Shown here piece by piece: positions 53,995 to 63,212 of a DNA stretch of 64,000 nucleotides. Source of the DNA: an uncultured Gemmatimonadales bacterium (GTDB lineage Bacteria; Gemmatimonadota; Gemmatimonadetes; Longimicrobiales; Gaopeijiaceae); contig CAWELD010000003.1 in the NCBI GenBank assembly GCA_963809895.1, forward strand, positions 2,560,001 through 2,624,000. The letters run 5' to 3'. Position 1 is the stretch's first letter. Every line of letters starts with the position of its first letter. The position numbers and the translations under genes were made by a program. The notes below the pieces were generated by a model, which worked only from the letters and a program-made list of their open reading frames with translations, did not search any database and was not told the DNA's origin.

Positions 53995-54549
53995 TCACAA
54001 GCCGTACTCCCGCATCTTCCGCCACAGCGTGGTCCGGCTCATCCCGAGCCGGCGTGCCGCGCGGGTCCGATTGTAGCGCGTTTCGGCCAACGCCCGCGCG
54101 ATGCGGGTCGCCTCGCCGCCCCCGGTGCCTTCAGGACAGGGCGCCACCACGGGATCGCCCGTGCGCAGGGGGCGCACGATCTCCAGGGCGCCGTCGGGCT
54201 CGCCGTCCACGTCGGTCAACGCCACCGCCGACTTCACCACGTTCACCGGCGTTCCGTCCACCCGGTACAGGGTCAAGCGCTGGTCACGCACCAGGCCGCG
54301 GCTGAACACTCCGCAACCCCTCAGGCACTCCTCGCATCTGTTGAGGTGGATGCAGGGCCGGCCCAGCACCTCGTCGGCATAGAATCCGGTGAGACGCTCC
54401 ATGGCGGGGCTCACCGCCACCACGTTCCGGCTCCCGTCCACCTGGAACCAGGCCAGGTCGGCCAGGTCACCCAGCAGCTCGAGGCTGTCGGGATCCGGGC
54501 GCCAGCCCGGCTCCGGGGTGAGCGTCTGCGATGGAACGGCGCCGTCCAT
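53995..54549 (-). CDS. PAS domain + Fis-type HTH regulator
   Basis: PAS (SPAMERLTGF..EVLGRPC; DGTPV..VKSA..L.D.DG) followed directly by NRTRAARRLGMSRTTLWRKM. Confidence 0.85.
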   Translation of the reverse strand: MDGAVPSQTLTPEPGWRPDPDSLELLGDLADLAWFQVDGSRNVVAVSPAMERLTGFYADEVLGRPCIHLNRCEECLRGCGVFSRGLVRDQRLTLYRVDGTPVNVVKSAVALTDVDGEPDGALEIVRPLRTGDPVVAPCPEGTGGGEATRIARALAETRYNRTRAARRLGMSRTTLWRKMREYGL

Positions 54550-54677
54550 GGACCCCCTCGGGATTCCTGGGACTTCCGGTCGTCACGCTGAAACAATCCG
54601 TCCCAACCATGCGAAACGGAGCGTCTGCGCGATGTCGGGAGAACTCCCCCGCCGCCTGTCGGGCCGGTCTTGCGGTG

Positions 54678-54709
54678 GTGGCAAAATGACATTAGTGTCG
54701 GTTTGACAC
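54678..54709. promoter_or_regulatory. Candidate PadR operator (tandem dyads)
   Basis: GTGGC-AAAAT-GACAT (54678-54692) and perfect GTGTC-GGTTT-GACAC (54695-54709), just before the AGGAG SD. Confidence 0.6.
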
Positions 54710-54724
54710 CAAAAGGAGTCCATC

Positions 54725-55063
54725 GTGGATGACACCCTGCCGCTGCACCCCCTCGAGTTCCGCATCCTCCTCAGCCTGGTGGACGGACCCAGTCACGGGT
54801 ACCGGATCGTGAAGGCTATCGAGGCCCGCGAAGAAGGGCGCATGCGCATCTATCCGGCCAACCTCTATCGGCGCATCCGCGACCTGCTGACCCGGGGCTG
54901 GATCGAGGAGACCGAGGCACCGCCCGGCGAGACCGATCCCGACCCACGGCGCACCTACGTGCGGATCACCGCCCGGGGCCGGGAGGTGGCCCGCGCCGAA
55001 GCCCGCCGCCTCGACGAGCTGGTGGCGGATGCCCGCGCCCGGGACCTGCTGGGCTCGACCTGA
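54725..55063 (+). CDS. PadR family transcriptional regulator
   Basis: SHGYRI...ANLYRRI...PRRTYVRIT; TGATG coupling to the permease. Confidence 0.92.
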   Translation: MDDTLPLHPLEFRILLSLVDGPSHGYRIVKAIEAREEGRMRIYPANLYRRIRDLLTRGWIEETEAPPGETDPDPRRTYVRITARGREVARAEARRLDELVADARARDLLGST

Positions 55064-57615
55064 TGATCCGGTTGTATCGACTCCTGCTCCGCCTTCTTCC
55101 GGGGGATCTGCGCACGCGGTTCGGCGAGGAGATGGAGAGGGATGTGCGGGCGCGCCTCGCCGATCCTTCGGTAGGCCGCGGGCGGCAGGCGCTCCGCTTC
55201 GCTGCCGCGGCCCTGGACGTGGTCCGCACGACCGTGGGGCTCCGGGCACGGGCCCTGGGCCAGCACGCATCGGCGCTGGACGCGGCCCGCGTCACGCTCC
55301 GCCACGCGCTGCGCTCCCTGCTCCGGCGCCCCCTGCTCGCGGTGGGATCCGTGGGGACCCTGGGACTGGCGCTGGCCCTCACCCTGGTGGCGTTCACCGT
55401 TCTGGACGGTGCATTGCTGCGACCCCTGCCGTATCCTGCGGCCGACCGGCTGGCCCTCGTCAACGGCGCCGCCAGCAACGCCGACCAGGTGGCGGCGTGG
55501 CCGGCACGGCTGCCGGGAGTGGAGAAGGCCGCGGCCTGGAGTCTCGACCAGACGGTGGTGGCGGCGCCCGACGGGGCCCGGGAGGCGGGCGTGTTGGCGG
55601 TGGACCGGGCCTTCGCCGACCTGGTGGCGCTGCCCGTCGAGGAGGGACGCTCCTTCGCCGACGACGAGTGGCGGGGCGGCGCGCCGGTGGTGATGGTCAC
55701 CCGGCGCCTGTGGCGGTCCGTGTACGGCGAGGCCCCGCTGCAGGCGCAGTCGTTGGAGCTGGACGGCGTGGACCGCCAGGTGGTGGGGATCGTTCCCGAC
55801 GACTTCACCTTCTTCCGCTATCAGGGGCGCGACGTCATCCGGCCGCTGACCGGGGAGCTCGCCGCCGGACCGGTGCCGGCGCTGGTGCGGCTGGCGCCGG
55901 GCGCGGCGCTGGAGCCGGCCCGGGCGGCGCTGGAGGCTTCGGCGCCCCAGGGCCGGCGGGTGACGGTCCACCTGCTTGCGGACACGCTCCGCGAGGAGCT
56001 GCGCGGCCCCCTGTGGGTGCTCCTGGCCGCGGGCGGCCTGGTCCTCATGATCGCCGCGGCCAACGTGGGCTCGCTGGCCCTGGCCCGTGACGTGGAGCGC
56101 CAGCCCGAGCTCGCCGTGCGTCAGGCCCTGGGCGCCGGCCGTGGCCGCATCACGGGACAGATCGTCGCCGAAGGCGCCCTGCTCGCCGTGGCCGGAGGAG
56201 CGCTGGGACTGGCGCTGGCCGGCCCCGTGCGCCGCCTCCTCCTTCAGGCCACGCCGGGCTTCATCCCGTCGGTGCTGAACGCGGACCCGGGGCTGCGCGC
56301 TCCGCTGGCCACTCTCGGCGGCGTGCTGCTGGCGACCACGCTCACCGGACTGCTGCCGGCACTGGTGCAGGCCAGGCGGGGCGAGGCCCGTCTGCGCCCG
56401 GGGCTGGACCACGACGGGCGTCGCGCCGGGCGCTGGATGAACGGACTGGTCGTAGCCGAGGCCGCCTTCGCCACCGGCCTGGTTGTGGGGGCGGTCCTGT
56501 TGCTTCGCACCTTCGTGGCCGTGCGGCCCACCCATCCGGGCTTCGCCGTACGGGACCGGGTGGCGGTGGAGGTGTCGCTTCCGGCGCGCCTGTATTCCGA
56601 TCCCGACCGGGTTCGGGACTTCGGCCGTCGACTCCTTGCCGCCGCTGCCGCGCTGCCGGGGCAGCCGAGCTCGGCGCTCGTGGACTTCCTGCCCCTGTCG
56701 GGCGTGAGCGCCTACGTGCCGGTGGCCACGGCGGAGGCCGCTCCCGACGCTCGCCCGCGCATGGCCCATCACCGGGCCGCATCGCCGGGCTATCTGGCGC
56801 TGATGGAGATGCCGCTGGTCCGCGGCCGTGGTCTCGAGACCGGCGACGTGGCGGGCGCACCGACGGTGGCGGTGGTGAACGAGAGTGCCGCCAGGGCCCT
56901 GTGGCCCGACGGGTCCGAGCCCGTCGGCCGCACGCTGGAGCTGGAGATCGACGGCGCGCCGCGGACCTTCTCGGTGGTGGGCGTAGTGGCGGACGCCCGC
57001 TTCTTCGGGCCCGGCAACCGGGCACAGCCCGAGGTCTTCACCTCGTTCTCGCAGACCCCGGACCGGACCGTGAATCTGGTGCTGCTGAGGGGCTCGGCGC
57101 CGCTGCCCTCGGAGGCCGACCTGCGGGCGGCCATCCGGAGCGTGGATCCCCGCGTGCCGGTGACGGCAGTCGAATCGCTGAGCGCGGTGGCGGCCCACAC
57201 CACGGTGGTGCCCCGCTTCCAGCTCACGCTGCTGGGGGTGCTCGCCGGCGCCGGACTGCTCCTGAGCGCCCTCGGCACCTTCTCGGTGCTGGCATACCGG
57301 GTGCGGCGCCTGCGCCGGGAGATCGGCATCCGCAAGGCGCTGGGCTGCCCGCCGGGCCGGCTGGTATCCTCCCTCATGGGACGCTCCGTGGCCGTCGGGC
57401 TGGCAGGAGCGGTGGCGGGTGGCCTCGCCACCTGGATCGCCGGGGGATGGCTGGGCAGCCGCCTCTTCCTGTACGGCGTGGAGCCGCGCGACGCCGGCCC
57501 GTACCTGGCCGCCGCGGCCGTGATGATCACCATCCTCGCGCTGGGCTCGCTGGCGCCCTGCCTACACGCGTGGCGCATGGATGCGGCAGTGAACCTCACG
57601 GACGAGCGGGCTTGA
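55063..57615 (+). CDS. ADOP-type duplicated MacB/FtsX ABC permease
   Basis: PLPYP, IAAANVGSL, RREIGIRKALG. Confidence 0.88.
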   Translation: MIRLYRLLLRLLPGDLRTRFGEEMERDVRARLADPSVGRGRQALRFAAAALDVVRTTVGLRARALGQHASALDAARVTLRHALRSLLRRPLLAVGSVGTLGLALALTLVAFTVLDGALLRPLPYPAADRLALVNGAASNADQVAAWPARLPGVEKAAAWSLDQTVVAAPDGAREAGVLAVDRAFADLVALPVEEGRSFADDEWRGGAPVVMVTRRLWRSVYGEAPLQAQSLELDGVDRQVVGIVPDDFTFFRYQGRDVIRPLTGELAAGPVPALVRLAPGAALEPARAALEASAPQGRRVTVHLLADTLREELRGPLWVLLAAGGLVLMIAAANVGSLALARDVERQPELAVRQALGAGRGRITGQIVAEGALLAVAGGALGLALAGPVRRLLLQATPGFIPSVLNADPGLRAPLATLGGVLLATTLTGLLPALVQARRGEARLRPGLDHDGRRAGRWMNGLVVAEAAFATGLVVGAVLLLRTFVAVRPTHPGFAVRDRVAVEVSLPARLYSDPDRVRDFGRRLLAAAAALPGQPSSALVDFLPLSGVSAYVPVATAEAAPDARPRMAHHRAASPGYLALMEMPLVRGRGLETGDVAGAPTVAVVNESAARALWPDGSEPVGRTLELEIDGAPRTFSVVGVVADARFFGPGNRAQPEVFTSFSQTPDRTVNLVLLRGSAPLPSEADLRAAIRSVDPRVPVTAVESLSAVAAHTTVVPRFQLTLLGVLAGAGLLLSALGTFSVLAYRVRRLRREIGIRKALGCPPGRLVSSLMGRSVAVGLAGAVAGGLATWIAGGWLGSRLFLYGVEPRDAGPYLAAAAVMITILALGSLAPCLHAWRMDAAVNLTDERA

Positions 57616-60248
57616 TGCTGTTGTACCGCGTGCTCCTTCGCCTGCTGCCGTCGGAGCTTCGGCGCCGCTTCGGCCCGGAGATGCAAGCCGACCTGCGGCA
57701 CCGGCTGGCGGAAACGAAGGGGGTCGCGGCCCGCCTGCGCGTGGTGGCCGCGGCGTGCGCCGATCTCGTCGCGCAGGCCGTGGCCCTGCGCGGCCGCAGC
57801 GGACGAACCCAGGGAGGATGGACGATGACGGGATGGACGAGGGACGTGCGACTGGCCGTGCGCGGCCTCCGGAGCGCGCCGGGCTTCGCCCTAGCGGCCG
57901 TGACCACGTTGACGCTGGCCATCGGGGGAGCCACCGCGGTCTTCAGCGCCGTGCGCGCCGTGCTCCTGGCGCCCCTGCCCTACGCCGACGCGGACCGCCT
58001 GGTGACTCCGTGGCCCGAGGTGAACGCCAACGCCGCCATGGTCCACCGCATGGCCGACGACATCGACGCCTTCGACGACGTATCGGGCATCTCGTCGTGG
58101 AGCTTCACCCTGGTAGGCGACGGCGATCCCGAGGAGCTGTCGGTGGCCCGCGTCACCGCCAATCACTTCGACGTGCTCGGCGTGCCCCCTCTCCTCGGCC
58201 GCACTTTCCGCCCCGAAGAGGAGGAGTCGGGCCGGGGCGACGTGGCGGTGCTCAGCTACGGGCTCTGGGTGCGCCGCTTCGGCGCCGATCCGGACATCGT
58301 GGGCAAGACCATCGACCTGGCCGGAGCCGATCACGACCGGCGCACCGTGATCGGCGTCATGGGCGAGGATTTCCGCCCGGTCCGGGGCTCTCCGCAGGCG
58401 TGGACCACCATCGAGCTGAAACCCGGCGCCGGCGTCGCTGAAGACGACACCTGGTTCGTGAACTACCGGGTGGCGCGCCTGGCGCCCGGCGCTACGCCCG
58501 AGCAGGCTCGGGAGCAGCTCCAGGCGCTGGCCGTACGCCTTCAGAAGGAGGTCCCCACCGTCCTGGATCAGGACGACGTGCGCACCGTCACGGTGCCTCC
58601 GGTGCGGACGCTGGAGACCGGCGACGTGGCCCCCATCCTGTGGCTCGTGCTCGGTGCGGTGGGTCTGGTCCTGCTCCTGGCGTGCGCCAACGTAGCGAAC
58701 CTCCTGCTGGCACGGGGCCACGCTCGCCAGAAGGATGTGGCCGTCCAGCGCGCGCTTGGCGCGAATCGGGGCCAGATCGCCGCCCGGGTGTTCTCCGAAG
58801 CGGTGCTGATGGGCGTCCTCGGCGTGGCCGGCGGCATCCTGTTCGCGAAGGTGGCGGTGGCCTTGCTGGTGCGCACCGCCCCGGAACTCCTCCCCCGCTC
58901 TGAGTCCATCCACCTGAACGGGCCGGTGCTGGCCTTCGCCCTGGCCATCACCGGAGGCGCCATGGTGCTGTTCGGCGGGCTGCCGGCGTATCGAGCCTCG
59001 CGGGTGTCGGCCACCGAGGGCCTCGCCACCGGCACGCGCAGCGGCGCCCGCCACGGTAGCGGAGGCCTGGCGCGCTGGCTGGTGGCGGTCCAGATGGCGC
59101 TGGCGCTCATCCTCGCGGCCGGAGCCTCGCTCACGCTGCGGAGCCTCCGGACCCTGAGCGACCAGGACCCCGGCTTCCCCGTGGACGGGCTGCTCACCTT
59201 CCGGGTCAGCCCGCCGGCCGATCGCTACAGCGACGTCGAGGCCCACGCGAGCTATTACCGACGGCTCACGGAGCGGCTGGAGGCGGTGCCCGGCGTCACC
59301 CGGGTCGGGGGCATCCAACTCCTCCCGCTCACCGACAGCAACTGGGGCTTCCCCCTCTACTTCGACGACGCACCGCTGGCTGAGGGAGCGAGCCCGCCTT
59401 CGGTGGCGTTCCGGGTCGTCACCCCAGGCTACCTGGAGGCGCTGGGCGTGCCCCTCCTGCAGGGCCGGCTGCCCGAGGCCGGCGACAACGCGGACGCCGC
59501 GCCGGTGACCGTCGTCAACCAGGCGCTGGCCGACCGTTTCTGGCCCGGCCAGGATCCCCTCGGCAAGGAGTTCCACACCCCGTCACCGAGCTCACCAGCG
59601 CTGCGGGTGGTGGGCGTGGTGGGATCGGTCCGGCAATTCGGGCTCGAGCGTGCGCCGCAGGCCGAGCTCTACATTCCCGAGCCGCAGTACGCCTGGGGCT
59701 CCATCGGGCTGTTCATGGTGGCGCGCACCGAGGGCGACGTGGATCCCGCGGCCGCGCTCGCCGCGCTGCGCGACGCCACCTGGGACGTGGACCCCCGCAT
59801 CCCCGTCTCCGACATGCGCCCCATGTCCCGGGTCGTGGGCGACAACCTGGCCCGGGCCCGCTTCCTGGCGATCCTGCTGGCGGGCTTCGGCGTCACCGCC
59901 CTGGTGCTGGGGGCGGTGGGGGTATACGGGGTCACGGCCTTCCACGTGAACCGCCGGCGCTCGGAATTCGGGCTGCGGCAGGCGCTGGGAGCGTCACCGG
60001 AACGGGTCCTGGGTGAAGCCGTGCGCTCGACGATGGTCCCGGTGCTCGTCGGCGGCCTTGCCGGCGTCGCCGGCGTGCTGGCCGCCGGGGGCGTGCTGGC
60101 CAGGGTGCTCTACGAGACCTCACCCCGCGACCTGTCGGCTCTGCTGGCCGCCGCCGCGCTCCTGGGGGCCACCGCGTTGGCCGCCATCGTCGTGCCGGCC
60201 CGCCGGGCGACCCGCCTCGACCCCGGCGAGGTGCTGCGCGACGAGTGA
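57615..60248 (+). CDS. ADOP-type duplicated MacB/FtsX ABC permease
   Basis: TLTLAIGGATAVFS, LACANVANLLLAR, RSEFGLRQALGA; TGATG coupling. Confidence 0.92.
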   Translation: MLLYRVLLRLLPSELRRRFGPEMQADLRHRLAETKGVAARLRVVAAACADLVAQAVALRGRSGRTQGGWTMTGWTRDVRLAVRGLRSAPGFALAAVTTLTLAIGGATAVFSAVRAVLLAPLPYADADRLVTPWPEVNANAAMVHRMADDIDAFDDVSGISSWSFTLVGDGDPEELSVARVTANHFDVLGVPPLLGRTFRPEEEESGRGDVAVLSYGLWVRRFGADPDIVGKTIDLAGADHDRRTVIGVMGEDFRPVRGSPQAWTTIELKPGAGVAEDDTWFVNYRVARLAPGATPEQAREQLQALAVRLQKEVPTVLDQDDVRTVTVPPVRTLETGDVAPILWLVLGAVGLVLLLACANVANLLLARGHARQKDVAVQRALGANRGQIAARVFSEAVLMGVLGVAGGILFAKVAVALLVRTAPELLPRSESIHLNGPVLAFALAITGGAMVLFGGLPAYRASRVSATEGLATGTRSGARHGSGGLARWLVAVQMALALILAAGASLTLRSLRTLSDQDPGFPVDGLLTFRVSPPADRYSDVEAHASYYRRLTERLEAVPGVTRVGGIQLLPLTDSNWGFPLYFDDAPLAEGASPPSVAFRVVTPGYLEALGVPLLQGRLPEAGDNADAAPVTVVNQALADRFWPGQDPLGKEFHTPSPSSPALRVVGVVGSVRQFGLERAPQAELYIPEPQYAWGSIGLFMVARTEGDVDPAAALAALRDATWDVDPRIPVSDMRPMSRVVGDNLARARFLAILLAGFGVTALVLGAVGVYGVTAFHVNRRRSEFGLRQALGASPERVLGEAVRSTMVPVLVGGLAGVAGVLAAGGVLARVLYETSPRDLSALLAAAALLGATALAAIVVPARRATRLDPGEVLRDE

Positions 60249-60258
60249 GCCGGAGCCC

Positions 60259-61038
60259 TCAGCCCTCGCCGGCGGGTCCCAGGAAGCCACAGCCCTGGAG
60301 GCGCTCGTCGTCCAGCGCCAGCGTCGCCTGCAGGTGGGTCCAGTTGCCGCTCATGGAGTCCTGGCAGCCACCGATGGCCAGGGTCAGGGTGAGGGTCTGG
60401 CCCGCGTCGGAAGCACCCTCGATCATCCATCCCTCGGGCGAAGGCCGGAGCCCCTGCGTGCTGAAGGTCCGGGGGCTGCCCTCGGGGGTGGTGAGCACGG
60501 CGCTGCCGCCCCGCACCTCCAGGTGCCAGAAGGGCTCGTTGCCGCTGGCCTCGGCCACCAGGTCGTCGTCATCCTCGTCGCAGCTCCATCCCAGGTAGGC
60601 GACGCGGCGCAGCTCGAGCACGTCCACCGTGCCCGCCAGCGAGGCGCCGGGTCCGGTCCCGGGCGGGGGACCGCCGGCGGCCAGCATGTCCACGAAGACC
60701 GACTCGAAGGGCTCCTGGCCCGGCGTGAGCTGCTCGTGCAGCTCCATGAGCTCCTGGACCGCCGGCCCGTCGAGCCAGTACTCCGGACCGCCGGCGCACG
60801 CCTGGAAGTCCCGGCGGTCCTGGCCGATGACCGCGACGCCGGTGACCCGCACGATGTCGCCGCTGGCCAGGGGATCCAGGCTGTCGGCCACGGGAGCCGC
60901 GGCCTCGGCGGGGGCTTGATCGCCGGCTTCCGCAGGGGGATTGGACCCCTCCCCGCCGCAGCCCGCCACCGCGAGCGCCAATGCCAACGGCGCCAGCGAC
61001 GCCGGTAGCCCGCCCGCCGCCCGACGCGCCCTGTGCAT
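60259..61038 (-). CDS. Hypothetical lipoprotein with GNEPFW (COG3650-like) domain
   Basis: Lipobox VAGC, ASGNEPFW, CQDSMSG...GC. Confidence 0.75.
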   Translation of the reverse strand: MHRARRAAGGLPASLAPLALALAVAGCGGEGSNPPAEAGDQAPAEAAAPVADSLDPLASGDIVRVTGVAVIGQDRRDFQACAGGPEYWLDGPAVQELMELHEQLTPGQEPFESVFVDMLAAGGPPPGTGPGASLAGTVDVLELRRVAYLGWSCDEDDDDLVAEASGNEPFWHLEVRGGSAVLTTPEGSPRTFSTQGLRPSPEGWMIEGASDAGQTLTLTLAIGGCQDSMSGNWTHLQATLALDDERLQGCGFLGPAGEG

Positions 61039-62477
61039 CAGTTCACCGTCCGGTAGCCGCGGGCCTGCAGCACCGCGCGCGCCGTCATGGCCGACAGCGC
61101 AAGCGTCACCCCCGGGATCAGCTCGTCGCCCGGCAATCCCCGGGACATGGCGGTCTGACCGCACAGATAGAACTCCACGCCCGCGCCCAGGAGCGCCTGC
61201 ACCAGCCCGGAGTTGGGATTGTCGTGCTGATAGCGGGCCCGGTAGGGGGCGTCCGCCAGCAGGTTCCGGCCCGCCGGGCCGTGCATCACCACCGCCACGT
61301 GCATGCGGTCCAGGGCCACGCCGGCCCGGGCGTGCATGTTGAGGAAGCGCGCCACCGTGTTCAGCTCCGGGTTCACCCCCGCGTCGGCCTCGGGCGTGTT
61401 CGCGATCTCGAAGAGGACCCGGTAGTCCATGTCGGTGGGGGCCGGCAGCTCCAGCCCTTCCACGTCGTACACGGCGCCCCAAGGCTCGATGACCGGGCCA
61501 GGCGTGGCCGGGCCCAGCGGGTGTTCCTGGGGACTCCGGATCGGCGACGGCGACGAGCCGACAGGATCGGCGGCCTCGACGCCTGCCGGCGCGGCACCGT
61601 CCCAGGGTTTCTTCTCCACCACGCCCAGCGGGCGAAAGGTGGTGCCCGGCCGGGAGGCCTCTCTGGACGCCAGGTCGAAGCGGTCGCCGGGCATGAGAAA
61701 ATAGAAGCGCCCGCCGTTCTCCATCTGCGCGCCGTGGTCGTAGATGGCCACATAGCCCTGGCCCATGACCTGAGCTCGGTCGCCCTGCACCACGATGGCG
61801 GTGTTCTCGTCCAGACCGATCCCCAGCAGGTCGGGGTGGGCTTCGACGAGGCTCACCATGTCGAAGTGGCGGTTGCGCACCAGCAGGTGCTGATCGATGG
61901 CCGTGCCCCGGAGATACCCGAAGCCGACTTCGTGATCGCCCATGATCACCGTATTGGTCTCGGTGTCGCCCCGGGCCAGGTAGGAGCCCTGGATCGACGC
62001 CCCCGCCGACGACCCGCCGATGACCCCGCCCCGGTCCAGCACCGCCCGGATCGCCCGCTCGGTGCGGGTGCCGGCGTAGGCATCCACCAGGCGCCACTGG
62101 CGTCCGCCCCCGAACCAGACGCCCCGGGCCCGGGTGAGGGGCTCCACGAAGGCCTCGGTGTTGGCCACCTCGGGGTCGTAGGAGTGGAGCACGGTGACGT
62201 CTGTGGCGCCGGCGTCCTTCAGGAAGCGCGCACACGAGCAGAACTGATCGTAGTCGGCGTCGTCGCCGCCCCCGGCCGTGGGGATCAGGACGATGGGCGC
62301 GTCGGGCCCGCCGGCCAGATCGATGAAGCGCTGGATGATCTCGGGATCGTGCAGGTTGCCGCCCACCACCACGAGGCTCCCGTTTGCCGGGCCGACCTCC
62401 TGCGCCGCGAGCGGGCGGGCGGCGGCCAGCGCGAGCACGGCGCCGGCGGCGATTCCCAGGGCGCGTATCCTGGACAT
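61038..62477 (-). CDS. Exported cyanophycinase (S51)-DsrE fusion protein
   Basis: Signal peptide; GGGRQ, GSSAG, IDQH, GLDE; C-terminal VARFLNMH..VVMHG..YLCGQT DsrE-like domain. Confidence 0.82.
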   Translation of the reverse strand: MSRIRALGIAAGAVLALAAARPLAAQEVGPANGSLVVVGGNLHDPEIIQRFIDLAGGPDAPIVLIPTAGGGDDADYDQFCSCARFLKDAGATDVTVLHSYDPEVANTEAFVEPLTRARGVWFGGGRQWRLVDAYAGTRTERAIRAVLDRGGVIGGSSAGASIQGSYLARGDTETNTVIMGDHEVGFGYLRGTAIDQHLLVRNRHFDMVSLVEAHPDLLGIGLDENTAIVVQGDRAQVMGQGYVAIYDHGAQMENGGRFYFLMPGDRFDLASREASRPGTTFRPLGVVEKKPWDGAAPAGVEAADPVGSSPSPIRSPQEHPLGPATPGPVIEPWGAVYDVEGLELPAPTDMDYRVLFEIANTPEADAGVNPELNTVARFLNMHARAGVALDRMHVAVVMHGPAGRNLLADAPYRARYQHDNPNSGLVQALLGAGVEFYLCGQTAMSRGLPGDELIPGVTLALSAMTARAVLQARGYRTVN

Positions 62478-62567
62478 GTCTCCTCTCCTCGTGGCGGATC
62501 GTTTCCGGGATGGCCAACTTCACCCGTCGCCCCGTGGGGCGGCAAGCACCCGCAGCCGAGCTCGCGC

Positions 62568-63143
62568 ATGCGCTACGTCATCGCCGTCTTCCTCGTCGCC
62601 ACCTTCCCGCCGGCCATCCTGTGGTGGTACGTGGTGCATCCCTTCGCCGGCTTCTGGCGGCGCCTGGGGGCACGCACGACCATCTGGATCATGGGGGTGG
62701 GCTCCGTGGTGATGATCGCGATCCTCGTGTACCACCGTCGCCGGCTCGTCTTCGGGGACCTGGGCTTCTCAGTGCCGTTGCTGGTAGGCGGACTGGCCCT
62801 GTGGGGGATGAGCATCGTCCTGGACCAGGCGAGCCGCCGGCATCTGACGCGCCGCATCCTGGCCGGCGTGCCCGAGCTGTCCGAGGGCGAGGAGGGGGTA
62901 CTGCTGCAGGAGGGGGTCTACAGCCGGATCCGGCATCCCCGCTACGTCGCCGTCGCCATCGGACTGGTGGGGCTCGCCCTGGTGGCGAACTACCGCTCTC
63001 TGTACTGGATCACGGGCGTGATGCTGGTGGCCCTGGCGGGCATCACGGTGGTGGAGGAGCGCGAGCTGCGGGAGCGCTTCGGCCAGGCGTACGTGGACTA
63101 CGCCCGCCACGTGCCCCGCTTCATTCCGCGGCTGCGGCGCTGA
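62568..63143 (+). CDS. Isoprenylcysteine carboxylmethyltransferase/PEMT family membrane protein
   Basis: GVYSRIRHPRY, EERELRERFG..Y..Y...VPRFIP. Confidence 0.88.
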   Translation: MRYVIAVFLVATFPPAILWWYVVHPFAGFWRRLGARTTIWIMGVGSVVMIAILVYHRRRLVFGDLGFSVPLLVGGLALWGMSIVLDQASRRHLTRRILAGVPELSEGEEGVLLQEGVYSRIRHPRYVAVAIGLVGLALVANYRSLYWITGVMLVALAGITVVEERELRERFGQAYVDYARHVPRFIPRLRR

Positions 63144-63156
63144 ATCCCGGAACGAC

Positions 63157-63187
63157 GGCGGGCCCCGGGAAGCCCCCGGAGCCCGCC
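63157..63187. terminator. Hairpin between convergent genes
   Basis: GGCGGGC-C-CCGGG-AAGCC-CCCGG-A-GCCCGCC. Confidence 0.5.
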
Positions 63188-63212
63188 TCACGTCACGGCA
63201 CCGCGCTCGCCG

